Of a stretch of 64,000 bases of DNA, positions 27,730 through 38,300 are shown one piece after another. The stretch is from a virus, in IMG/VR virus record IMGVR_UViG_3300030202_003006, positions 64,001-128,000 of that record; one strand, written 5' to 3'. How positions within the stretch are numbered: the stretch's first letter is position 1; each line of letters begins with the position of its first letter. The notes beneath the pieces are model-generated. The model did not search any database. It saw nothing but the letters and a program-made list of their open reading frames with translations, and was not told the origin of the DNA. A program made the position numbers and the translations under genes.

Positions 27730-28758
27730 TTGACAAGAACATTATTAGTTGACGGAAACTCCTTATTAAACACTGGTTTTCACGGAATAAAAAATCTGTA
27801 TAATGGTGACGACCATATTGGTGGTTTGTATCATTTTTTAAATACACTGAGAAAACATATTGACGGTTATTTAATAACTAAGATAGTAGTTTTTTGGGAC
27901 GGTAAAGAAAACACCCACCCAAGAACAAAGTTTTATCCGGAATATAAATTAAATAGGAGGTTAAAAAAGAAATCTACAGATGAACTACAGTCTTATGCCC
28001 GACAAAAATTAAGGGTACAAGAATATCTTGAAGAATTATATGTTAGACAATCTACGTTTGATTTATGTGAAGCCGATGATTGTATAGGTTATTATATAGA
28101 AGAGTCTAAGAACGAAGAAATTATAATTTTAACTTCAGATAGAGACCTACTACAACTAATATCTGACCATGTATCAATACATATATTATCACTAAATAAA
28201 ATATTTAAGAATGGAGATAAAGTACCATTAAATGGTATTTATATACCACCATGTAACGTTAGGGTTGTTAAAACTATTTGTGGTGATTCTTCAGATAATA
28301 TATATGGTATAAAAATGGTTGGCGTTAAATCCCTAATAAAAATAATACCTGAAATCCTAGAAGAAAAAATAACCTTAGAAGATATTATAAATAAAATAAA
28401 GGTAAAAGATAAAATTACCAAAAAAGAAAGTAATATTTTAGAAGGCGTGACCCAAAAAGAACCAAAATTATTAACTAATGAGGTAAAAAATATCACCACA
28501 TTAGAAATAAATTACAAAATAATAGGTTTGGGAAAACAATTCTTAACTCTAGAAGCAATAGAAGGAATAAAAGAATTGTCAAAAGAAGCGATAGACCCAG
28601 AAGGAAGACACTGGAAAAACGCTTTAGACTTGATGATGTCAGATGGAATTCTTAATATTTTACCTAAGAAAGATGATTCTTGGGTGGATTTTGTAAGACC
28701 ATTTTTAAGATTAACTAGAATAGAAAAAGATTTTTATAAAAATAAAAAAGATGAATAA
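27730..28758 (+). CDS. 5'-3' exonuclease / flap endonuclease (PolA N-terminal, T4 RNase H-like)
   Basis: LLVDGNSL, VFWDG, YKLNR, EADD, TSDRDLLQL and GDSSDNIYG motifs; TTG start. Confidence 0.9.
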   Translation: MTRTLLVDGNSLLNTGFHGIKNLYNGDDHIGGLYHFLNTLRKHIDGYLITKIVVFWDGKENTHPRTKFYPEYKLNRRLKKKSTDELQSYARQKLRVQEYLEELYVRQSTFDLCEADDCIGYYIEESKNEEIIILTSDRDLLQLISDHVSIHILSLNKIFKNGDKVPLNGIYIPPCNVRVVKTICGDSSDNIYGIKMVGVKSLIKIIPEILEEKITLEDIINKIKVKDKITKKESNILEGVTQKEPKLLTNEVKNITTLEINYKIIGLGKQFLTLEAIEGIKELSKEAIDPEGRHWKNALDLMMSDGILNILPKKDDSWVDFVRPFLRLTRIEKDFYKNKKDE

Positions 28759-29209
28759 AATAAAACACAAAGGAGACAACACACAAAAATGTGAATTTGT
28801 ACTAACACTAGGAAAAAATATCGTATGTCAAAGATTTTTTTCTGTCAGAAACTTTAACCCAAAAGCTGCACAATCTTTAGATTTACATTATATGGTAAAA
28901 GATATTATGGTAGATTTAACAGAAGATTTAAAGTGGAAAACTTTATTATTACTAGAAAGTAGTTTTAGAGAAAGTAATAATGAACTCTCTAGAGACTCAG
29001 AAGAGGAATATTTTACAATAACAATCAAAAAGGGTAATAAGATTATTTTGACAAGAAGTTTACAAGCTACAATGTTCCCACCCAAAGTTAGATATACAGT
29101 TGACATAAGACCTAGAATTACTACAATTCTAAGAGAATTAACAGATGTACTATCCAGTAAAAAAGTTGACAATTACTACCAAGATTATTGTCTAATTGTT
29201 AACGAATAA
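28751..29209 (+). CDS. Hypothetical protein in the replication island
   Basis: 152 aa, coupled to the exonuclease stop. Confidence 0.7.
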   Translation: MNKIKHKGDNTQKCEFVLTLGKNIVCQRFFSVRNFNPKAAQSLDLHYMVKDIMVDLTEDLKWKTLLLLESSFRESNNELSRDSEEEYFTITIKKGNKIILTRSLQATMFPPKVRYTVDIRPRITTILRELTDVLSSKKVDNYYQDYCLIVNE

Positions 29210-29211
29210 TG

Positions 29212-29219
29212 TATTTATT
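29212..29219 (+). promoter_or_regulatory. Putative late-type promoter TATTTATT
   Basis: 17 nt upstream of ATG 29237. Confidence 0.4.
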
Positions 29220-29236
29220 ACAAAACAGATTTATAG

Positions 29237-30616
29237 ATGAGTGAAAATAAGAATTTTGGATACCTAGGATATAGTTTTCAGTTAAAATTACTTAATTTAA
29301 CAATTACTGATAATGCATTTTTTCAGTCAATAATAGACGCTATATTACCTAAATATTTTGATAATCAATATTTTAAATTAATTATGCAATTAATTAAAGA
29401 ATATTATGAAAAATATAACACCGCACCATCGTTTGACGCTTTAGACCAATTAACTAGAATTGAGATTTCTTCTGAAATGGCAAGAAAATATATATTTGAT
29501 ATGTTAAAAGAGATAAAAGACGCTGATTTTGCTGACCATTTATTTATTAAAGAAAAATCCATTAAATTTTGTAAACAACAAGAATTAAAAAAGGCCATTA
29601 AAAAAGTTGAAAATATAATGGAAAAAGGTGATTTTGAGAGTTACGATAAATGTGAGGAGTATATTAGAGATGCTATTAAAATAGGTGATGGTGATTTAGG
29701 TAGTTTTGAAATTTTTACAGAATTGGAAAAACTATTAGAAGATGATTATAGACATCCGATACCTACTGGTGTGGATGGGTTAGATAATATATTGAATGGT
29801 GGACTAGCTAAAGGTGAAATAGGGGTTGTATTAGCACCTACTGGGGTAGGAAAAACAACTATGCTAACTAGATTTGCAAATACCGCATTCAACATGGGAT
29901 ATAATGTTCTACAGATATTTTTTGAAGACAATCCAAAAATTATACAAAGAAAACATTTTACTTGTTGGACGGGAATACCAAATGACGAATTAAGTAACCA
30001 CAAAGAAACTGTATTAGATAAAGCAGATGAAATGAAAAAAACTGGAGGTAAATTAATATTAAAAAAATTACCATCAGATGAAATGACAATGTTACAAATT
30101 AAAAACCAAGTAAGAAAAATTATTTCTGAAGGTACGAAAATAGACATTGTTCTTATAGATTATATAGATTGTATATTACCAGACCGTTCATTTAATGATG
30201 AATGGAAGGGAGAAGGTTCTGTCATGAGAAAATTCGAAGGTATGTGTCACGAGTTAAATATTGCTGGTTGGACAGCAACACAAGGTAATAGGAGTTCAAT
30301 ATCATCAGATGTTGTAACTACTGACCAAATGGGAGGCTCAATTAAAAAAGCACAAGTTGGACACGTAATAATATCTGTAGCTAAAACTTTACAACAAAAA
30401 GAAATGGGATTAGCTACCATAGCAATCGTTAAATCCCGATTAGGAAAAGATGGTGTTATATTTGAAAATTGTAAATTTGATAATGGAACTTTAGAAATAG
30501 ACACCGAAACTACACAAACTTTCTTAGGTTTTGAGGAGGAAAAAACAAATAGAAATAGAGAGAAAATTGCTCGTGCTCTACAAAGACGACAACAAGTAAT
30601 AAACAAAAATAATTAA
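29237..30616 (+). CDS. dnaB: Replicative helicase (DnaB / T4 gp41-like)
   Basis: Walker A APTGVGKT, VLIDYID, WTATQGNR and KSRLG; no intein. Confidence 0.92.
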   Translation: MSENKNFGYLGYSFQLKLLNLTITDNAFFQSIIDAILPKYFDNQYFKLIMQLIKEYYEKYNTAPSFDALDQLTRIEISSEMARKYIFDMLKEIKDADFADHLFIKEKSIKFCKQQELKKAIKKVENIMEKGDFESYDKCEEYIRDAIKIGDGDLGSFEIFTELEKLLEDDYRHPIPTGVDGLDNILNGGLAKGEIGVVLAPTGVGKTTMLTRFANTAFNMGYNVLQIFFEDNPKIIQRKHFTCWTGIPNDELSNHKETVLDKADEMKKTGGKLILKKLPSDEMTMLQIKNQVRKIISEGTKIDIVLIDYIDCILPDRSFNDEWKGEGSVMRKFEGMCHELNIAGWTATQGNRSSISSDVVTTDQMGGSIKKAQVGHVIISVAKTLQQKEMGLATIAIVKSRLGKDGVIFENCKFDNGTLEIDTETTQTFLGFEEEKTNRNREKIARALQRRQQVINKNN

Positions 30617-30630
30617 TAAAAGAAAAAAAT

Positions 30631-32535
30631 ATGGAAGTATCAAATAAGATTCTGTCGGATATTACTGTCTACATGAAGTACGCAAAATATATACCGGAAC
30701 TAAATAGAAGAGAAACGTGGGAAGAATTAGTTACCCGAAATAAAAAAATGCATCAGAAAAAATACCCTAATTTAAAGGAAGAAATAGAGCAAAAATATAA
30801 GTTAGTGTATGATAAAAAAGTACTGCCATCAATGAGAAGTATGCAATTTGGTGGTAAACCAATTGAGATTAGTCCAAATAGAATCTATAATTGTGCTTAC
30901 CTACCTATTGACCATATAGATTCATTTCCAGAAACTATGTTTCTACTATTGGGAGGAACAGGTGTTGGATACTCAGTTCAAAAGCACCATGTAAAAAAAT
31001 TACCAGTAATCCAAAAACCATATCCAAAAAGAAAAAAAAGATTTTTAATTGGTGATAGTATTGAAGGATGGGCAGACGCTATAAAAGTTTTAATGAAAAC
31101 ATACATGAATGGTGGTGGTAGTAGAGTAGAATTTGATTATTCAGATATAAGACCTAAAGGGGCAAGATTAATAACATCAGGTGGTAAAGCACCGGGACCT
31201 CAACCACTAAAAGAATGTTTAGTTAAAATAGAAGGTCTATTAAATCAAAAAGAAAATGGAGAACAACTTACAACTATTGAAGTACATGATATTATATGTC
31301 ATATCGCAGACGCGGTACTTGCCGGTGGTATTCGTAGAGCAGCTCTTATTAGTTTATTTAGTGCTGATGACGACGCTATGATTTCTTGTAAAGCAGGAAA
31401 TTGGTGGGAATTAAATCCACAAAGAGGTAGAGCAAATAATTCAGCTTGTTTAATGAGACATAAAATTACTAAAGAATTTTTTATGGACTTATGGAAACGT
31501 GTTGAATTATCAGGAGCAGGAGAACCAGGAATTTATCTAAATAACGATAAAGATTGGGGTACAAATCCTTGTTGTGAAATCGCATTAAGACCAAACCAAT
31601 TCTGTAATCTTTGTGAGGTAAATGTTTCAAATATAGAATCACAAGAAGATTTAAATGAAAGAGTAAAAGCAGCAGCCTTCATTGGAACACTTCAAGCAGG
31701 TTATACAGCTTTCCACTATCTAAGAGAAATATGGCAAGAAACAACTGAAAAAGATGCTCTCATTGGTGTATCAATGACAGGTATTGGTTCAGGAAAAGTA
31801 TTAAAATATGACATGAAAAAAGCTGCTAGTTTAGTTAAACGAGAAAATACCAGAGTATCTAAACTAATAGATGTTAACCCATCAGCAAGATGTACAACTG
31901 TTAAACCAGCTGGTACCACATCATTAACATTAGGAACATCATCAGGTATTCATGCGTGGCATAATGATTATTATATTAGAAGAGTTAGGGTAGGTAAAAA
32001 TGAAGCAATTTATACTTACTTAAATATTAATCATCCAGAGTTAGTAGAAGATGAATATTTTAGACCACATGACACAGCTGTAATTAGTATACCACAAAAG
32101 GCACCTGTAGGGTCTATATTACGAACTGAATCTCCATTTGATTTACTAGAAAGAGTAAAAAAGGTAGCTACAGAATGGGTAAGGTCCGGACATAGAAATG
32201 GGTCTAATTCTCACAATGTATCCGCAACAATTTCATTAAAAGAAAACGAATGGGATAAAGCTGGGGAATGGATGTGGGATAATAGAAAAGCTTATAATGG
32301 GTTATCGGTTCTACCATATAATGGAGGTACTTACACACAAGCACCATTTGAAGATATCACTGAAGAACAATATCACGAGATGATGAAATCTCTTAAAGAA
32401 GTTGATTTAAGTAAAGTTGTTGAATTAGACGACAATACCAACCTAACTGGTGAACTTGCATGTGCTGGCGGTAGTTGTGAAGTGGATATCGATGTAAAAA
32501 CTATGAAAAAAGAAAAAGAATTGAATGAGGCATAA
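30631..32535 (+). CDS. nrdJ: Class II (adenosylcobalamin-dependent) ribonucleotide reductase
   Basis: GGIRRAA, TNPCCEI, CNLCEV, TTVKPAGT and C-terminal CAGGSC; no small-subunit gene nearby. Confidence 0.88.
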   Translation: MEVSNKILSDITVYMKYAKYIPELNRRETWEELVTRNKKMHQKKYPNLKEEIEQKYKLVYDKKVLPSMRSMQFGGKPIEISPNRIYNCAYLPIDHIDSFPETMFLLLGGTGVGYSVQKHHVKKLPVIQKPYPKRKKRFLIGDSIEGWADAIKVLMKTYMNGGGSRVEFDYSDIRPKGARLITSGGKAPGPQPLKECLVKIEGLLNQKENGEQLTTIEVHDIICHIADAVLAGGIRRAALISLFSADDDAMISCKAGNWWELNPQRGRANNSACLMRHKITKEFFMDLWKRVELSGAGEPGIYLNNDKDWGTNPCCEIALRPNQFCNLCEVNVSNIESQEDLNERVKAAAFIGTLQAGYTAFHYLREIWQETTEKDALIGVSMTGIGSGKVLKYDMKKAASLVKRENTRVSKLIDVNPSARCTTVKPAGTTSLTLGTSSGIHAWHNDYYIRRVRVGKNEAIYTYLNINHPELVEDEYFRPHDTAVISIPQKAPVGSILRTESPFDLLERVKKVATEWVRSGHRNGSNSHNVSATISLKENEWDKAGEWMWDNRKAYNGLSVLPYNGGTYTQAPFEDITEEQYHEMMKSLKEVDLSKVVELDDNTNLTGELACAGGSCEVDIDVKTMKKEKELNEA

Positions 32536-32710
32536 GGTATCTAAAGAGATACTATACCATTTTAATTGTGGTAAATGTAATAAATGGTGGTCAATAGCTG
32601 ACTACCATTTATTGTCTTTAAATAATACTAAAGATTTGACTTATGAACAAAAAATAGTATGTCCTCATTGTGAACATAAAGAAAAAGTAATAGATATAAA
32701 AAATGAATAG
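32525..32710 (+). CDS. Zinc-ribbon protein
   Basis: CGKC...CPHC. Confidence 0.65.
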   Translation: MRHKVSKEILYHFNCGKCNKWWSIADYHLLSLNNTKDLTYEQKIVCPHCEHKEKVIDIKNE

Positions 32711-32912
32711 AAAAGATGATTGGATTTCGGAATTACATTATAAAGAATTTTTGAAACCAAAACTACAAGCAAATGATTTTTATTGGGAAAACGGAAGAAT
32801 GGTTATGACAGCAGAATACCATAAAAGAAGAGGGTTTTGTTGTGGTAATGGTTGTAAACACTGTCCTTATTCCCCACCACACACCAAATTAAATAAAGAA
32901 TATGGAAAGTAA
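32703..32912 (+). CDS. DUF5522-like Cys-rich protein
   Basis: YHKRRGFCCGNGCKHCPY. Confidence 0.75.
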   Translation: MNRKDDWISELHYKEFLKPKLQANDFYWENGRMVMTAEYHKRRGFCCGNGCKHCPYSPPHTKLNKEYGK

Positions 32913-32952
32913 TTTAATATAATACCCGTATACCATAAACTAAATTATCAAG

Positions 32953-32960
32953 TATTTATT
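32953..32960 (+). promoter_or_regulatory. Putative late promoter TATTTATT
   Basis: 10 nt upstream of ATG 32971. Confidence 0.55.
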
Positions 32961-32970
32961 ATAAAAAACT

Positions 32971-33420
32971 ATGCCCAATCAAAAATATGGTATAAAATTT
33001 CCTTTTACTCAAAGTAGTGAAGGCTTCTTTCTAGGGTTAAATTCTAATCCTGATGCTGAAGTTAGGTCAAATTTAATGCATTTAATATTAACCCAAAAAG
33101 GTTCTAGATATTTTTTACCAGATTTTGGCACTAATTTGATGAGGTTTTTATTCGAACCACTAGACTCAGGAACAATATCCTCGATAGATAAAGAAATAAG
33201 AAAATCCGTAGCAAAATATATACCTAATCTGGTAATTAACAATATAGAAATCAAAAATATGGATGAGGTTAGAGAAGAGGATACACTTCTAATTGGAGAA
33301 GATAATAGTTTTAGTTTTGCTGGTGAAAAAGAACAAGAATATACAGTAAGAATAAGAATAGATTATAGTATAGGTAGTTCGGTTTTCGAAACTAAAGATT
33401 TTGTTATAATAAATTTATAA
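32971..33420 (+). CDS. gp25: Baseplate wedge / sheath initiator (T4 gp25-like)
   Basis: NLMHLILTQKGSRYFLPDFGTNLMRFLFEP. Confidence 0.9.
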   Translation: MPNQKYGIKFPFTQSSEGFFLGLNSNPDAEVRSNLMHLILTQKGSRYFLPDFGTNLMRFLFEPLDSGTISSIDKEIRKSVAKYIPNLVINNIEIKNMDEVREEDTLLIGEDNSFSFAGEKEQEYTVRIRIDYSIGSSVFETKDFVIINL

Positions 33421-33421
33421 T

Positions 33422-35263
33422 ATGGCAGATAAAAAAGTAGCATATACGGAAAGAGATTTTTTAGGTATAAGAAATGAATTATTAAGAATAACCAATACCT
33501 ATTACCCCGATTTAATACAAAATGCTAATGATTCGTCTATATACTCTATTTTTTTAGATTTAAACGCTGCCGTAGCAGACAATCTAAATTTCCAAATAGA
33601 TAGGACATTTCAAGAAACAGTACTACAATTTGCTCAAGAAAGAAGTTCTCTATATAACTTAGCAAAAACATATGGATTAAAAGTGCCAGGTAATAGACCA
33701 TCAATAACCGTAGTTGATATTTCTGTTGTAGTACCGGTCCTAGGAGATAAAGAAGATTTTAAATATTTGGGGTTATTAAGGAAAGGTTCACAATTTAAAG
33801 GTGGTGGTAACATATTTGAATTAGTTAATGATTGTGATTTTTCATCTATCTATAGTATTGATGGTGTAAGAAATAGATTTAAAACACCAAACTATGACTC
33901 AAACGGAATTTTAAATAATTACACCATCACAAAAAGAGAAGTGGTTGTTAATGGAGTTACTAAAGTATTTAAAAAAGAAATTACAGATGTAGATAGTAAA
34001 CCATTTTATAAATTGTTTTTACCAGATAAAAATGTTATAGGGGTTACATCTGTTATACAAAAAGATGGCGTAGGGTATCAGTCTCTACCACCAAACAGTG
34101 AGTTCATGTCTAACTCTAGTAATAAGTGGTATGAAGTAGATGCTTTAGCTTTAGAGGATGTTTTCATAGAAGACCCATCATCTCCACCAGATAAAAGCGG
34201 TATAAAAGTAGGTAAGTATATACAAGCACCTCAAAGATTTGTCACTGAGTTTACGCCAGAAGGATTTTTCTTTTTAACATTTGGTGCTGGAAATCAAACG
34301 TCTCAAGACCTTTTAGATTCATTTACAAGTTTAGGTGTTAAGTTAGATATGTCTAATTTTATGAATAATACATCATTAGGTAATATGGTGAAAGGAAACA
34401 GTACAATATTTGTACAATATAGAGTTGGTGGGGGTAGAGCTTCTAATGTTGGTGCGGGGGCGATTAATGGTATAGGTACTATAGATTTTGTTGTTGCTGG
34501 ACCTAGTCAACAAATAAATCAAACAGTGGTTAACAGTTTAGCGGTAAGAAATGTTTCAGCAGCTATTGGTGGTGCCGACCCAATGAGTACAGAAGAAATT
34601 AGAAATTATATTTCTTTTAATTTTGCTGCACAACAAAGAGCTGTTACAATTAACGATTATGTAAATAAACTTAGAACTATGCCCGCTACTTTTGGTGCAG
34701 CGGCAAAAGTAGGTGTCACAGAAATTGAAAATAAAGTTGAGGTTAATGTGTTGTCCTATACACCAGATGGTAAATTAACTTCTAGTGTTAGTAATACATT
34801 AAAAAATAATATAGCTAATTATCTTTCTAATTATAGGATGTTAAATGATTATATTATGGTAGGGGCAGCAAAAGTAATAGACTTGGGTTTTGATATCGAT
34901 TTAATTTTAGAACAATCCGTAAATCAGGGTTCTATTATAACTGAAGTCATAAATAAAGTAACGGATTATTTTGATACTAATAAGATAGAAATGGGACAAG
35001 ACCTATCTTTAGGTGATTTAAGGGGTCAAATAATGAATCAACCAGGAGTTGTAAATATAGTAGACCTTAGAGTACATAATAAAGTAGGTGGACAATATTC
35101 CCAATCGGTAACAAATCAACCATTCACTAATGACTTAACCAACCAAATTGGTTTAATTAATGATACAGTTTACGCTCAACCAAATGAGATTTTACAGATA
35201 AGATTTCCACAAAAAGACATCTCAATACGAGTCCAAAGGCCTGTTAAACCAGTATTCGCGTAA
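33422..35263 (+). CDS. gp6: Baseplate wedge subunit (T4 gp6 / baseplate J-like)
   Basis: YTERDF, AQERSSLYNLAKTYG, YRVGGG, GGADP and QQRAVTINDY. Confidence 0.88.
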   Translation: MADKKVAYTERDFLGIRNELLRITNTYYPDLIQNANDSSIYSIFLDLNAAVADNLNFQIDRTFQETVLQFAQERSSLYNLAKTYGLKVPGNRPSITVVDISVVVPVLGDKEDFKYLGLLRKGSQFKGGGNIFELVNDCDFSSIYSIDGVRNRFKTPNYDSNGILNNYTITKREVVVNGVTKVFKKEITDVDSKPFYKLFLPDKNVIGVTSVIQKDGVGYQSLPPNSEFMSNSSNKWYEVDALALEDVFIEDPSSPPDKSGIKVGKYIQAPQRFVTEFTPEGFFFLTFGAGNQTSQDLLDSFTSLGVKLDMSNFMNNTSLGNMVKGNSTIFVQYRVGGGRASNVGAGAINGIGTIDFVVAGPSQQINQTVVNSLAVRNVSAAIGGADPMSTEEIRNYISFNFAAQQRAVTINDYVNKLRTMPATFGAAAKVGVTEIENKVEVNVLSYTPDGKLTSSVSNTLKNNIANYLSNYRMLNDYIMVGAAKVIDLGFDIDLILEQSVNQGSIITEVINKVTDYFDTNKIEMGQDLSLGDLRGQIMNQPGVVNIVDLRVHNKVGGQYSQSVTNQPFTNDLTNQIGLINDTVYAQPNEILQIRFPQKDISIRVQRPVKPVFA

Positions 35264-35311
35264 CCTTTACTAAAAATTAGTAGTATCTATTATTAGTTTT
35301 ACTACAATAAA

Positions 35312-35319
35312 TATTTATT
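35312..35319 (+). promoter_or_regulatory. Putative late promoter TATTTATT
   Basis: 13 nt upstream of ATG 35333. Confidence 0.55.
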
Positions 35320-35332
35320 TAGTAAAGCACAT

Positions 35333-38300
35333 ATGCCAAAATCATTTAGAGTAAGGACAGAAATAGGTAAAGAAAAAAACTTAACATTTGAATTAAAACA
35401 AGATTTTGATTTATTAGAAATATTAAGTTTGTCTTTAACACAACAAGATGTGTATAGTAGGATGTGCTCAGATTTTGGAGTTGTGGTCGGTAGAGTTATA
35501 TCTAATGGTGGTTTCGGTATACCAAACGCTAAAGTTTCTATATTCGTACCTTTGGACTCTGAAGATGAAACCAACCCAATCATAAAACAACTTTATCCTT
35601 ATACTCAACCATATGACAAAGATGAACAAGGTAAAAGATATAATTTATTAAGTTCGGAAGAAAATTTTGACTGTCACGTTCCAGTAGGAACTTTTCCAAA
35701 ACTTAGAAATGTTTTGAGTAATCAAGATGTTAGGTATGTCTATGACAAATATTATAAATTTACGGTAAAAACTAATGAGTCTGGTGATTTTATGATATAT
35801 GGTGTTCCTACCGGAGACCAAAATATTGTGATGGATGTTGACCTAAGTGACATAGGTTGTTTTTCTTTACTACCTGAAGACTTTAAACAGATGGGTTACT
35901 CATCAACAGACTTTGATGGCCCCAAGTTTAAAAGTGATTCTAGTATAGACAGTCTTCCCCAAATATTAAATCAAACAAAATCAATAGATGTCAGACCTTT
36001 TTGGGGCGATGAAGAATTATGTAATGCATCAATAACTAGAGTAGATTTTGATTTACAAGATAGTGGATTTAAATTAAAACCTATGTCTATTTTTATGGGT
36101 AGTACAGCTACCGATACTGATAAAGACGCAGTTAACTTCTCTTGTAGACCCAGAAGAGCACAAGGAAATCTATGTAGTTTAGTTTCTCAACCAGGTCTGA
36201 TAGACGCAATCAGATATACACCATTTTTTAAGCAAGATTCTAACGCTTATACCTCAACCACATCACCAGGACTTGCTGCTGGAGGTACAGTACCGATATT
36301 AGAAAGATACTATTTAGAGGATGGTGGTAGAGTTATTGATAGTACAGGAGCTTTCTTAGTCCATTTACCGATGAATTTAGACCATGTAATTACTGACGAA
36401 TTCGGTAATTTGGTTAAGTCACAAGACCCTGAAAAAGGTGTGCCTACGAGAGGTAGATATAGATTTAGAATTAGACCGGAACAGTCAGCAGGAACAGCAA
36501 GAAATAGAAGAAGAGGGAGTTACCTAGTCCCAAACATTAGAGAGTATAATGATGATGTTGGGGATAGTTCAGATGGTAACTGGACAAGCATAGACCCAAA
36601 ATCCTACGCCTTTTCCATAGAATATAGTGATTATCACCCACACGCACAAACTAATTTACTGCCTGGAGCATTAGATTATTTTTATGACATGACTTTTAAT
36701 AGGGTTTATACGGTGTCACAATTTCATGACCATGTTAAACATAATGGTAGGAGACAATTTCTAGGTGTTAAAGAAATATTGCCAGAAGAAGAACAACAAT
36801 GTTCTACAACAGCAGTTCACTTTCCAGTTAACAGTGCTGTTAGAAGGGCAAAATTTATTATCTATTTAAATAATTTATTAATAGATTTAATGGGTATTAT
36901 TTTTATGGCTGTGTCATTAATAGTAGGTATTCTATCTTTTATATTTGGAATAATACTATTACCCATACTTTTATTTTTATATGCTTTATGTGCCATTTTA
37001 ATATTAATTAATGATGTTATTAGTAGTTTACCTTGGGTAAGTGGACCTTTGGATGGTTTAATAGCAGGATTAGGTTGTGATTGTATTTGTGTTAGTGGTA
37101 GTGGCTGCTTTGCTTGCGGGCCAGGAAATGTTAACTGTGCTTATTTTGGTTTCCCACTAGGGTTTGTATTATTTACTCTTAGACAAACCAAATATCCCGA
37201 ATGTGAAAAATGTACATGTCGTAATACCGCAAATAGTGAAATGCAAGCATTAGCAAATAACTTCCCATGTCCAGGTGCTCCCCCAACTTATGACTCATCA
37301 GATTGTGAAGGTGGATTCTTTAGTAGTTTAGCTCAATGGGGTGGTAATGATTGTTGTGGAGCACAGGACGAGGCAAGAGTATGTTGTCCAGATTGGTATG
37401 GTTTTGACTCTACAACTACTGTAGGTGGATTGGGTGATGTTGATGGACCAGCAGGTGGGGGATGTTATGTTAAAGTAATGTGCTTTAACCCAGCATGTAT
37501 CCTCGCAAATCTAAGTATGACAACATTCTTCCAATGGGCAAGAAGACAAAAAATAGCAAGTGCTTTATGTAATGGTGTGATGAATTATTTCTGGGAAAAC
37601 GCATGGGTAAGTGGATTTTTATATCAATTCCAATTTAAAATGAAATTAAAATATAGTGTCGCAGATGATAGTTATAATGCAGATTCTAAATGGTGTAAAA
37701 AACTAGTTTACATACACCCATCAGAACATGTTGTATATTATAGGTCTACACCTTTTAAATGGGACTCAGCGACCAATACAGGATACTTTTTAGGTGATGA
37801 AGATGGTGTGAGAGGTGGTAACTCTAGTTCAGATAAACATTCTGATGGTGACATGAGAAGACACATCCTTTTTCCGACCACAATAGTAGATATGGGTTCT
37901 AGAAATCAATGTATACAACAAATATGTTTAGACCCAAACTTTGCTGAAGAATGTTCAGTTACCGACCAGATAGGACATACCAGTTTCCAAGACTTTACAG
38001 AACTAGTTTCAGACATATATAATTTAAAAGCTAATTATTCATTAGCTGCCTTAGGTAGTTTCTTTACAAGACCAGAAAACGAAATAGGTGGAGATGTCGC
38101 ACAAGCTATTATGCAAAACTGTATGGTGGGTGTTGTTGGTTATGAAAGTAATATGAGTACTACCGGTTGTGTATGTCTTGATGATAATGGAAATTCCGGT
38201 ATAAATACAGGTACTACACTTGGTGAGTTAATGGAATACCCATACCCTGGTGATGGTAATAGTCCATTTAATGACCCCTATGTACAACATGGTGTTTATG

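Noticed and set aside
26269-32535. Inteins or introns in RecA, helicase or RNR
   Set aside because: Lengths are normal, motifs are contiguous, and no splicing or homing-endonuclease signatures were seen.
2422-35263. Bacterial contractile injection system (eCIS, tailocin or T6SS)
   Set aside because: Interleaved gp32, RecA/UvsX, helicase, RNR and neck genes indicate a genuine phage.
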